A DNA stretch of 39,533 nt, from positions 1 to 39,533 of the forward strand of contig JAQGDQ010001466.1 in NCBI GenBank assembly GCA_030141605.1, given 5' to 3'. Shown here piece by piece: positions 1-11,336 of the stretch (positions are counted from its first letter, which is position 1; the number at the start of each line of letters is the position of its first letter). Both the position numbers and the translations under genes were made by a program. The stretch is from Tubiluchus corallicola. Its lineage: Eukaryota > Animalia > Priapulida. The notes under the pieces are model-generated. The model ran no database searches and was not told where the DNA came from. It worked only from the letters and a program-made list of their open reading frames with translations.

Positions 1-360
1 TCTGTGTGCAATTTTTGCAGTAATTATATTTAATAAGGTGATTCTTGACTTCACAAGCAGCTCGCGGATACTAAGCACAAATTTGATTGTGTGGATTTTG
101 CTTGTTCACTTGCTCACTGTTTCTTTCACTTATTCTTTCGTTTGTTTGTCCGTTTGTTCGCTCGCTCTTTTATTTGTTTGCACGCCCTAACTTGAAGTCA
201 ACAGTTCGATTAACAGTTTTTTCTTTATTTACTTGTCTGTTCCTTAGTTTGTCTTTCATTTGTTCATTCGTTCACTGCTTGATGTTTGATGTTAATTAGG
301 CTAGCCAGTTAGTTGTCTGATTGAATAGCTTGCTTTCTTGGCTGGGTTAGTATCTCTATC

Positions 361-520
361 ATGATTATCATCATCATCAACAACGACAACGACAACGAGA
401 GCAAGAGCAAGAAGAACAAGAACAAGAAGAACAAGAACAAAAACAATAATAAGACAAGAACAGGAATTAAAAACAAAGGCAAGAACAAGAACAATAAGAA
501 CAATAACAAAAAACCACAAG
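361..520. repeat. Low-complexity (ATC)/(AAC)/(AACAAG) simple repeat
   Basis: Runs such as atcatcatc, aacgacaacgac and aagaacaagaacaag; these explain ORFs 301..567, 309..509 and 361..552. Confidence 0.85.
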
Positions 521-535
521 TGCTCTACAACGACT

Positions 536-690
536 TTATATATATATATTAATTCTTTATTTGTCATTAAAATGGTTCACTCATTATAATAAAATAGAGT
601 AATCCTCAGCGTAATGTTAAAATAACAACACTGTTCAAGACAAATGCGTCCAGTGCTGACTAAAAAAACTAAAGTGCAAAACTAAGGCCT
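536..690 (-). mobile_element. Non-LTR retroelement 3' tail fragment (same family as 2398-2560)
   Basis: (TA)n followed by ctttatttg (AATAAA on the minus strand); shares ctttatttgYcat and actgttMaagRcaaatgcgtYcagt...actaaaaa with 2398-2560. Confidence 0.5.
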
Positions 691-1478
691 AATTGTATGT
701 AATAAATGAACATATTTACAAACACCATATTAAAATATTTTTACAAAACAATATTACAAAAGTACATTAAATTTTACATGACATATTTTACACTATATAT
801 ACATTTGACGTGACACAATTAACAGAAACATGCTTTACATTATATAAATTTCACTCATTACATTTACACTATATGTAGTAATGAGCAGGTTTTGGATTGG
901 TTGCTAAAATTATTGTTTTAATAACTGGGTTTATTTGAACTAATTAGGTTTACGTCCTTGCATTCTGATAGGTGTAGGTGGTTTGATTCGTATTTATATG
1001 TAGCTGGGAGCTACTGTATTACATGTTACTTCATGCAAAATATATTGCTTTCTTTTCAATTCAATTCAATGGTTTTTTATTTGGCTGATTTGCCACACAA
1101 AGCATTAAACTATTTACATGATGATAATAAAAATAGGATAATAAAAACAGAAACGGTTTGGACATTTTAAAAATCAGTCTCGAGGAGAGCAGGAGCGTGA
1201 GCTTTCGAGACTCACCACGAGATGGCGCAAGCACATGTATGGTGCAGACAGAGAAATATATGCAAAATAGCTCAAAGTTAAAACAACATTCAGCTATAAA
1301 AACAAATAATGATAATAATACACACAAGTGAGATTAGAGGTACTTAAAAACGTTAATTACAAGGTTAGGTAACGTGTTAATAACAAATCAAATATATACT
1401 TTTTAAAACGTTGTAATTGAAATTCTATGGAAGAATTTGAGAATATCGTTGCTGGATAGCAGTATATGATGGATTTCA

Positions 1479-1637
1479 TTAATCGTAACTAGTGTAAATG
1501 GCAGGATAGAAGTTACCAACAGTTCCACGAGTAAAATAGTTATGGATTTGTTGAACAATAGTTAAATAATTGGAAAATGTAGGAGGAAGGAACCCATTAA
1601 AATACTTGTACAGAAACAGGAAATAGGAATTCACATT
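1479..1637 (-). mobile_element. Decayed CR1/L2-group LINE ORF2 C-terminal remnant
   Basis: Minus strand reads NVNSYFLFLYKYFNGFLPPTFSNYLTIVQQIHNYFTRG, matching the post-RT FMYK..N.LLP..F.......H.Y.TR pattern of CR1/L2/Crack LINEs; stops follow. Confidence 0.7.
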
Positions 1638-2397
1638 GCTTTATTTTTATCCACAATATTTCGAAATAAATAACGTCTTTCTTGCGTAATTGCTAAAATA
1701 TAATAAGATTAATAAAAAAATTTCACAGATAGATCTCTAAAAGCATATATTTTTTAAAGATTATTTAAAATTGGGTTTAGATCATTTAGAAATGATAGAA
1801 ACAATTTAAAAAAAGTTGTGCTAATTCGAAAAACAAGGAGAATAAATATCAGATAAACAAAATTCTAAAAACTTTAGTTAGCAGTGAGTTAAGATACTTT
1901 GAAAAACATTGTATTATTTTTTTTTAAACATTGGCGTTAATTTGTGAAACAAGAAACTAATTACCAGAGAAGAAACTTGAAAAAAAAAGCAAAAACAAGA
2001 TACCATTTATTATGATGAGAGTTTATAATTAAAATTCTATAAAAGTACAAAAATTTATTTGAGGCAGAAACTTTATGTAAATTTTTCCTTTTACTGGTGA
2101 AAAACCTAATTAAACTGCAGTAAACCAGCATGGGTGTGGTTTCTTTTAATCAGAAACTTAATTAAAACATGAAATTATAGAATCGGGCAGCACTGGGTTG
2201 TAATCAGTGGCGCACAAATATGTCAAATTTAAATTTTTTGCCACGATCAGAAAATATGAGCATTAAATTCAACGATAATTAAATAAGATGTTTGTTCGAT
2301 TCAATTAAATTTCATTTTGAGCAAGTTTAATTTCAATTTTACACCACGTGACCTCCCTAAGAAAGTGAATCATGAAAATTAACTCTACCGCACGACC

Positions 2398-2560
2398 ATA
2401 TATATATATATATATATGTATAAAATCTTTATTTGCCATAAAAAATCGATATTAATAACTATAAAATCATAAAAGAACATCGCAGCACGAGAATAAAATT
2501 CACACAACTGTTAAAGGCAAATGCGTTCAGTACAAACTAAAAACTACTGTGCCAAAAATT
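2398..2560 (-). mobile_element. Non-LTR retroelement 3' tail fragment (same family as 536-690)
   Basis: (TA)n plus atctttatttgccat and ggcaaatgcgttcagtacaaactaaaaa, similar to 536-690. Confidence 0.5.
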
Positions 2561-2639
2561 TAAAACAAAATATACATTATAATGTTACACGCAAATTATA
2601 ATAGACTATATACAATATATACATATATTTAATTTAATT

Positions 2640-3020
2640 GATTTCGATTCGACTCGACTCGACTCGACTCGACTCGATTCGATTCGATTCGATTCGATTC
2701 GATTCGATTCGATTCGATTCGATTCGATTCGATTCGATTCGATTCGATTCGATTCGATTCGATTCGATTCGATTCAATTCAATTCAATTCAATTCAATTC
2801 AATTCAATTCAATTCAATTCAATCCAATCCAATTAAATTTAATTTAATTTAATTTAATTTAATTTAATTTAATTTAATTTAATTTAATTTAATTTAATTT
2901 AATTTAATTTAATTTAATTTAATTTAATTTAATTTAATTTAATTTAATTTAATTTAATTTAATTTAATTTAATTTAATTTAATTTAATTTAATTTAATTT
3001 AATTTAATTTAATTTAATTT
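2640..3020. repeat. Compound pentanucleotide microsatellite (GACTC)/(GATTC)n/(AATTC)n/(AATTT)n
   Basis: Directly visible 5-bp periodic array with a stepwise change of unit. Confidence 0.97.
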
Positions 3021-3273
3021 GTATATCATTTTCATTCGCACTTGTGGTTGTATATCGTTTATTGTATATTGTTGACACCAAATAAACAATCCGGTGAGCA
3101 ATTTCCGTCATAACGATGTTGAAGTGTGATTGTAAAAATGTAATACAATTGAGTTACAACATCTTTACAATGATTTAACACATATATACACCATCATCTG
3201 AAAAGCTGTTGAATGAACGACATTGATTGCAATAGCAAAAGATGAAGACGGAATAATCTGGTGTAAATTTATT

Positions 3274-3464
3274 ATCTAGACCAGACGGTTTAGTCTAGTG
3301 GTAATGCGTCTGCTTTCCGTGTGGGAGGTCGTGAGTTCGAACCAGCGGCCGGGTCATCTCAAAGACTTTAAAAATAGTACCTGCTGTTGCCCTGCCTGAC
3401 GCGTGGTATTTAGGGTAAAAGAGGGGTAAGAATAATCTCTGTTAAAAGCCGACTTGAAATAAAG

Positions 3465-3503
<39 letters not shown>

Positions 3504-3504
3504 G
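3274..3504 (+). mobile_element. tRNA-derived SINE with (ATT)n tail and 20-bp target-site duplication
   Basis: A box tagtctagtgg, B box gagttcgaacc, body, aataaag and (att)n tail. The perfect direct repeat taatctggtgtaaatttatt lies at 3254-3273 and 3505-3524. Confidence 0.9.
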
Positions 3505-3879
3505 TAATCTGGTGTAAATTTATTGTGCATGCAGACCGACTAGACCTATTTTACAAGCAATGACCCCTTCGGCGATTTGGTGAAAATGCACCATTCGGGA
3601 AATCCGGTCTTGAAGAACAAACTTATTTGATATTAAAATTCTTTATCTCTACTTTAACAACTATAAAAACTATTTGTTAAATTTTACCATAGTTGCTAGT
3701 ATAGTGAAACTCAATTTCATGCAGCTTCTATAATGGGTTAAAACTAGGTTATCTATTTGTAACGAGTAGAAAACTTTTACACAAATGAAAATTTTCTTTC
3801 TAAAAATGGTTCTAATCTTATAAAAAACATCTTATAAAAACATGTTCTAAAAACGTGTTCTAATTGTTCTAAATTCTTT

Positions 3880-3997
3880 CTAATGTTATTGTTTCTCATT
3901 ACTTGTGATAAGGCATGGCTCTATTTGATACACTAATGCCAAATTTTCATTCGTGTTTCTGGGTAATTCTTATAATTACTGTTTATATTTGCCCTTG
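3880..3997 (+). repeat. About 118-bp dispersed direct repeat, copy 1 (copy 2 at 5225-5343)
   Basis: acttgtgataaggcatggYtctatttgatacactaatgccaaat..tcattcgtgtttctgggtaattctt is present at both sites. Confidence 0.85.
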
Positions 3998-4199
3998 CAT
4001 ATTGTATATGTACTCATTATATATATATATATAAGCCCTTCGTCTTTTTTTGAAGAAAATGTAAATATACTCCTAGACCAAATATTAGATGATAAGTAAA
4101 TTTAAGACACTTACTTACACTGCCGCCATGTCTAGAAAAGAGATGCCTCGCCTCTCTGCTACAGGTAATGGGATGTAACCGGATATGGCAGTAAATTAA

Positions 4200-7100
4200 A
4201 GGACAAGAAAGGGGGTACCTGAAGTAGGTTTCTCAAAAATCGCCTAAAAATTATATTACTTTATAGCAATTTTATATATCTGTATATATATATATGTGTA
4301 TTCCTTATTCGCACTGAAAGGAATTTTAGTTTCTTTTCGTTTTAAATCTCGTGCAATACTGTTCCGATGTTGCCATTACATGACGTCATATACGCACAAC
4401 GTAAATTACGGGAAGAAAATGAAATGTTGAACTATGTCCCAAAAAACTTTATATGCAAAGTTATTTTACTTAGCATTTCGCTTACCTGGTTGAAAGACTT
4501 TGGTAACTAGAAAAGAAAATTATTTAAAATGTTTTCACCAATTGGTAAAATGTCGCTGACTCGCCCTCCAGGGTGCACCACTCACTAACCAAAAAACGCA
4601 TTTTTAATCTTTTTGACAAGATACAGTAATTTTAAATTTTATTTAGTTAGTGACTTGTGCCCTACGAATGCTCTGATTATTTTTCAAACTTTACAAAATG
4701 TTATCTAAACTTGTTTCAACTGACATGTCGTGATAATGGCTGCATCTAACGGTTATCGCGGGAGTTTAAATTTACATGTTTTATACAGCGTGACTGCCGA
4801 TTGAAGTCCCGCATGCAAAAAGGCAGTATGTAAACGATATAAAATTTCAAAACGAATTTCTTAAGCTTTATGTTTATGAAGGGTTTAAGTACGGAAGAAA
4901 AATTGTCTGCTTCCGTCAATCGCGTGCCGCTGCAGTTTCGATGACGTAGACATCTTCCCGTCCCATTGAAAACGTCCGGTTAACAGGAACAAAATCGACG
5001 GTGAACTACTTCCTGTACAACTTCCTGTGTCTTGTGTGATAGATCTAAACATGTCTGGCAAATAAAAATACGTAGAAATCTTTCTCATGTCGTCGGAACC
5101 ATTTAAAGTTCAACAAATATTGTTATGAGAGTTTGAAGCATTTTGGAAACAAACTAAACAAAACTAAGCTCTATTAGTAGGAAAGAAATGAAAAAAATTA
5201 TTGAAATTTAAAAATTATTTACGTCTAATATTATTGTTTCTCACTACTTGTGATAAGGCATGGTTCTATTTGATACACTAATGCCAAATCCTCATTCGTG
5301 TTTCTGGGTAATTCTTGTAATTAATGTTTATTTTTGCTCTTGTATTCCTTAAGCATAGAAAAACTTTGCATAGAACACCTCCTGCTTGAAACTTATTTAA
5401 AATCAACAATGAAGACATTAATATCCTCAGTAATACTTCCAATTTCCAGACTTTAGTCTAAGCCTTCCTGCAAAAATGTTATTGACTGAATCTGGAACAC
5501 ACAATTTTAGTTAAAACAATTTTGTATTTGAATCTATGGTAGGTACAGAAATTCAATTATTCGTAAATTTACCTGCAAATCAATTTGCGCCCTTGTTGAT
5601 CAACTCTGGAAGAATCCTCGTTCATCTTGTGTTCTGAAAATGTGGACACGCCACTCACCTATTCAATCCATTTTTACCGGTTCGTTGTCACATCCAATGT
5701 GCCAACACCTATGTGGGCAATGAAATATTAATTATATTTAATCATTATTAATTATTAATAATTATACACCACAATTATTAAGCCTGTTAGCCTTTTCAAT
5801 CAAAGAAACAAAAAATACAATCATTAAAAAGTCACGGTGAATTATATTGTAACATCTATACTATCAAGTACATAGATAACATAAATTCTCAATACTGAAA
5901 TAGCATAATTATAAATACTGAAAGAGTACTATACTAAAACACAACGGAACATAGCCTGGCTAGCCCACAGGTCTAAATGTTCAAAGTAGACCTGTCGTAC
6001 ACAGCTTAAATACAGAAAACTAGAACACTATTAATGTAAAAGGTCATTCAGAAGCAAATAAGTACAGTAAGATTAGAGGAAAATTTAAGCTATATCAATG
6101 CTGTAACAAGCCTAAAAGGGGGGGGGTGAGATGAAAAAATGAGCAAGAAGATATTTGAAAGTCAAGTTAATCAATGCGAAGTAATTAAGGTGAACTTCGC
6201 GACAACTCAGTCGTACGTGATCAAAGCCTTAAGTGTTTAAGTTAACGCAAGACTCATTAAGTGATGTCAGAACTAATATCAAATGAATAATAGGAATAAA
6301 ACTATCGAATTATCATGAAGAAAAAGATGACTGATTACTAGCCTGGCTACGAATGTCTACCAGTATGGCACAGAATTTAAGAGACAGATGAGGTCCCGAC
6401 ACACAACCTTCCCCCAGTCCAGTCATCATCAGAACTCTGGGGTACAGTAAGCCTGAATTGGCTTTGCTAGACCCAGTCAGGATGCGAGATTTCGGAATGA
6501 TTAAATGTACAGGATGTTACGTTTCAATATTCGGGGTGGTTTCCTTTAAAAACATTTGAATTTTATATGCATTGACTGGGAAGACTTGCCTTACCTCATA
6601 GCCAGGTAGAGGTTATACATCAACATCTCTCTTAAAGATCAAAACCTCCTGCTTTAAGGGAGAGGCCTGCAGATTTGAAAAGAGGTAGGGATGTATCCCT
6701 TTATTTAAAGGCTGTGAATCAAGATCCTATGAGAAACAGCGACTACCACTTTTTCTTTATTAATAAATTAGATGTTTTTTCAGGTGTCAGAAGTTTTACA
6801 TGAATGTCGTACAAGAGCAGAAAGGTCCAAGCAATGAAATAGAATTCATTAAACACTCAAAAGATGCATCTCTGAGATGATTGATTTATTGATTTAAAAT
6901 TATTGATTTGTAAAAGAAACCGTTTATTAAACGCATCGCAGAAAATACCCAATAACCAGATTTAAATTCAACGTGCAGAAGCAAACCATAGCAGTCAATA
7001 TTTTGTCTATGTTAATAAGTCAATGTGTTTTTGTAGGTTAATGTTAATAAGTTCAGTTAACTGGCAATTGGTGAGACAACGACATTTTACCATTTGGTGA

Positions 7101-7408
7101 AAACATTTTAAATAATTAATAATTTTCTTTTCTAGTTACCAAAGTCTTTCAAGCAGGTAAGCGAAATGCAGAGTAAATTATAAGGACATAATTTAACATT
7201 TCCTTTTCTTCCCGTGATTTACGTTGTGAGTAGGTGACGTCACGTAATGACGCGAGTGGGAACAGTTTCGCGGGAGATTTAAAATGAAAACAAACGAATA
7301 TTCCGTTCAACGCGAGTAAGGTATACGCATAAAATTGCTGTAAAGTAATATAGTTTTTAAGGCGATTTTTCTGAAGCCTACTACTTCAGGTACCCCTTTT
7401 CTTGTCCT
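4200..7408. mobile_element. Kolobok-like non-autonomous DNA transposon with long imperfect TIRs and TTAA flanks
   Basis: TTAA (4196-4199) then AGGACAAGAAAGGGGGTACCTGAAGTAG; other end CTACTTCAGGTACCCCTTTTCTTGTCCT then TTAA (7409-7412). Arms 4200-~4565 and ~7070-7408 align as diverged inverted repeats. TTAA TSD with RR..YY termini is the Kolobok signature. No transposase ORF inside. Confidence 0.72.
5225..5343 (+). repeat. About 118-bp dispersed direct repeat, copy 2
   Basis: Matches 3880-3997 with scattered substitutions. Confidence 0.85.
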
Positions 7409-7655
7409 TTAAACATTTTTGACAAAGCGTTCTGTATTTGTTTGCAGGGCACGTTCTCTATTGTTACAATATACACTGCTGTATAGTTTTAATGAGAATG
7501 TACACAAATAAAGAACGACTCTATAGACTTCCGTATAGTGTTCCGGGTCACTAGATTTAGGGCTAATATTAATGATGATTAATCGGTTAAAAAGTTTGTG
7601 AAAGGCTTGTGCAAGAGAAAAGCTTGTGAAATGGTGATACACTCGACAATCGGCA

Positions 7656-8714
7656 ATGTCTTTATTAACACTGTGCAAGTGTCTTTCTGCTCTTATCATT
7701 GTTATACTCATTGTTCTCATAAATGAAGAGGTGGACGCACAAAGCGGGTACAGAGGAGGCGCCAGAAGAGGGTATAGCAGAAAGCCATCTCCAAAACACA
7801 CTTACGATTATCGTCCGGTTCTGATAAATCCAAAACACACTTACGATTATCGTCCGGCTCTGATAAATCCAAAACGGAAGCACAGCTCCGGAAGTTCAAC
7901 TTACTCTCTGATATATTCTCTCGAAGACGCAGAACCGGAGTGTTTCGATGTGGAAGTAGCCGAGGACACGATGGTTATTTTTCCTGAATTTACCGACACC
8001 GACTACATAAAATTAGACAAAGTCATAACTAGACATTTGAAGGCTTTTTCGGCGTGCATGTGGGTGAAACTGGATCCATCCACACAAGAGGAAACGACGT
8101 TCTTGTCATATGCCATAGCCGATGATGTAATCAGATTTGGTCTTAAGAATGACTCGCTGACATTGTATATAAACGGTGAAGGTATAGAACCTAACACTAT
8201 CGCATTTGATGCGAATTTGAGAGATGGGAACTGGCATTACGTCTGTTGTCGCTATGACAGCAATGATAACAGCTGGGCAGTGGACGCTGATCCATTGCTT
8301 GGTCCTTATAGTGATAGTGGTACTTTTACTCCTGGTGTGGGAAAGATACCAGCTGGCGGGTTTTTGGAATTCGGACAGGATCAGGATGAGAAAGGTGGCG
8401 GCTTTGAAGCACATCAAAGTTTCAAAGGATGCGTTACGGACATTACGATCTCATCCATAAAATATACTTTTGATATGATAAGTGATATGCAGAACAGCTG
8501 CAGAAACTCTGGGAACCTCTTTACCTGGGGAGATTATCGTATGGAACTCGTTGGTGAGCTCTTGGAGAAAATAGAATCAAATTGTCCACATGCAGAAGTA
8601 GAAGAAGAAATTGTGAAAACTGTGTGCACCTTATCAGAACACGACATGGAAGATCTACTAGAGCTGGTTACTAAAACAGCTCATGGTTTAAAGCAGCATA
8701 GAGATGCTTACTAG
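7656..8714 (+). CDS. Secreted pentraxin-domain protein (CRP/SAP/neuronal pentraxin-like), single coding exon, 352 aa
   Basis: Hydrophobic signal peptide ending in VDA-Q. Pentraxin motifs in order: FP..TDTDYIKL, LKAFSACMWVK, TFLSYA, DGNWHYVC, IPAGG.L.FGQDQD..GGGF...QSFKG, GNLFTW. Uninterrupted ORF with higher GC than the flanks. Confidence 0.93.
   Translation: MSLLTLCKCLSALIIVILIVLINEEVDAQSGYRGGARRGYSRKPSPKHTYDYRPVLINPKHTYDYRPALINPKRKHSSGSSTYSLIYSLEDAEPECFDVEVAEDTMVIFPEFTDTDYIKLDKVITRHLKAFSACMWVKLDPSTQEETTFLSYAIADDVIRFGLKNDSLTLYINGEGIEPNTIAFDANLRDGNWHYVCCRYDSNDNSWAVDADPLLGPYSDSGTFTPGVGKIPAGGFLEFGQDQDEKGGGFEAHQSFKGCVTDITISSIKYTFDMISDMQNSCRNSGNLFTWGDYRMELVGELLEKIESNCPHAEVEEEIVKTVCTLSEHDMEDLLELVTKTAHGLKQHRDAY
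7791..7875 (+). repeat. In-frame 39-bp tandem duplication within the pentraxin N-terminus (PKHTYDYRP[V/A]LIN x2)
   Basis: Units 7791-7829 and 7830-7868 differ at one base; a partial third unit ccaaaac follows. Confidence 0.95.
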
Positions 8715-8886
8715 TAAATTTATGAATAATTGCAATTCTCTACTTGGCATAGATTCAAGTGTTTGTTGAACTTTCGAGTTTATTAATTACTGATCAGTGC
8801 CTGATTTACCTGATTAAATTTTCATTTAAATTTCGTTTCCATAATATTTTTGCATCTACAGACAAAATTACTGTTTTCTGGATTAC

Positions 8887-9862
8887 TTTAATCAATAACT
8901 ACATTATTTTAATCAATAACTAGATTGTTTTAATCAGTAACTATACTTTAATCAATAACTAGATTGTTTTAATCAATAACTATACTTTAATCAATAACTA
9001 GATTGTTTTAATCAATAACTATACTTTAATCAATAACTAGATTGTTTTAATCAATAACTATACTTTAATCAATAACTAGATTGTTTTAATCAATAACTAT
9101 ACTTTAATCAATAACTAGATTGTTTTAATCAATAACTATACTTTAATCAATAACTAGATTGTTTTAATCAATAACTATACTTTAATCAATAACTAGATTG
9201 TTTTAATCAATAACTAGATTGTTTTCATCAATAACTATACTTTAATCAATAACTAGATTGTTTTAATCAATAACTATACTTTAATCAATAACTAGATTGT
9301 TTTAATCAATAACTATACTTTAATCAATAACTAAATTGTTTTAATCAGTAACTATACTTTAATCAATAACTAGATTGTTTTAATCAATGACTATACTTTA
9401 ATCAATAACTAGATTGTTTTAATCAATGACTATACTTTAATCAATAACTAGATTGTTTTAATCAATGACTATACTTTAATCAATAACTAGATTGTTTTAA
9501 TCAATGACTATACTTTAATCAATAACTAGATTATTTTAATCAATAACTATACTTTAATCAATAACTAGATTGTTTTAATCAGTAACTATACTTTAATCAA
9601 TAACTAGATTGTTTTAATCAATAACCATACTTTAATCAATAACTAGATTATTTTAATCAATAACTATACTTTAATCAATAACTAGATTGTTTTAATCAAT
9701 GACTATACTTTAATCAATAACTAGATTGTTTTAATCAATAACTATACTTTAATCAATAACTAGATTGTTTTAATCAATGACTATACTTTAATCAATAACT
9801 AGATTGTTTTAATCAATGACTATACTTTAATCAATAACTAGATTGTTTTAATCAATAACTAG
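8887..9862. repeat. 39-bp minisatellite made of alternating 21- and 18-bp subunits
   Basis: Unit tttaatcaataactagattgt-tttaatcaataactatac, about 25 copies; both subunits share tttaatcaataacta. Confidence 0.97.
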
Positions 9863-11336
9863 TATCAAAGTATCAAAGTCAGTAATTAGGGTAAGTAGTT
9901 ACTACTAGGGTAACTAGGATACTACTTAGGGTATCTAGTATCAATGTATCGCAGTGTATTTGTACATTGACATCTGAAACTTTCACTAAATGTCTGGAAC
10001 ACGCATTTCAATGAAACGTTCATGTCCACTCAAAAGTTCAAGAGAATACTATAAAAAAGTCAATTACCCTAAATAGTGAATTTGGTATTATTAATATGAT
10101 TAAAAACAAAAATCGATAAGTAAATAATGAGAACAGCAAACTTTCAATCTGAGAAGGTTCGGAAATCTGTCGATATTATTAGTTTTTGCAAAAGACAATA
10201 AATAAATCAGTGATGCTGATTTGGATTTCCGTTTCCTTTTCACAACTGTTTGATGAAAAAATCTGCATATCATTCTGCTTTACTTGAAGTTTGAGAAACA
10301 AATATACAGGATGAGCCAAAACTAATGAGATCTTTCCGATGCTTTAAATAGCCTACGCAGTGCGCAATTCATTAAACCAGGATGAATTTATAATGGCGGT
10401 GAATTTATTAGAAGAATTATACACATTTTCCTGCTGACGTTAAGCTTGTGAAATTTGATTTAAGTTAGAAAAAATTTTAGGGAATAATAAACTGAAGGAA
10501 GAATTTGTAATCAATTATGATGTCATTTGTATTATCGATTATGTAATACGTTTAAATATTATTATACGTTAAGAATGTTCGTGTATTGTATAACAAGTAT
10601 ACAGCACGCCCAGACGTTTCCATAATAAACTTGTTCAGTAAAGTTCTACTCGTGAAAATGTTAATAGCGCGAGTTTCTATTGCAGCTTTAAAATTTTTAG
10701 TTGGAATGAAACTCAACGAGTTTGTCTATTATGTGAAATCTATCTAAATATCTGGAGATTTTGTTGTTAACGTCGTCATAATCAACGTCGTCGTCATTAC
10801 CGTTCAAGGTTCTTACTATAAATTGTAATCAATTTTTTTAAGTTTTTAAAATAGCAGTAGAACATGCAGAGTGTGATGAATGTCTGTGATACCAGTAATT
10901 TTTAGTATAACATTGACTGACTTGCTCTACGTTTAGTGTAGTAGCTTGCTAAATGGGTATATACACATTCGATAAAAGTTTATGAAACGTCATATAAAAC
11001 GTTGAAAATTTTAAATGAATTTACCTAAATTTAACGTTTTTGTCTGTTTGTACATACACAGTGTAAATATTTTTTATAATTTTATTTAGTATATCTATGA
11101 CAGTAGCGCCGTTTCTTATTATTTTATGGTGGCCTGTTAAATTGACACAGTTCTGTGCAAGGTCATGACAGTTATTAAATCGCTATATAAATTTATGTAT
11201 CGTTATATAAATTTCCAACTTGTAAAAATTAATATCACGTACAACACATACGTATTCACAACATGCTTTATAGTTTATAGACATATAATAGTGTTATATA
11301 TTATTAGGTTGATAAAACTTTGCATTTTACTAGACG

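Noticed and set aside
3281-3355. Functional tRNA gene
   Set aside because: A and B boxes are present but there is no good acceptor stem; it continues into a SINE body with tail and TSD.
6334-6750. Protein-like stretch inside the Kolobok-like element (possible decayed transposase or captured exon)
   Set aside because: Requires frameshifts and has several stops; no recognisable motif. A tBLASTx/BLASTx search would be needed.
7409-8460. Antisense and alternative-frame ORFs overlapping the pentraxin gene
   Set aside because: Shadow ORFs of the real CDS with no motifs.
9885-9935. Telomere-like TTAGGG motifs
   Set aside because: Only scattered tagggta words, not a tandem telomeric array.
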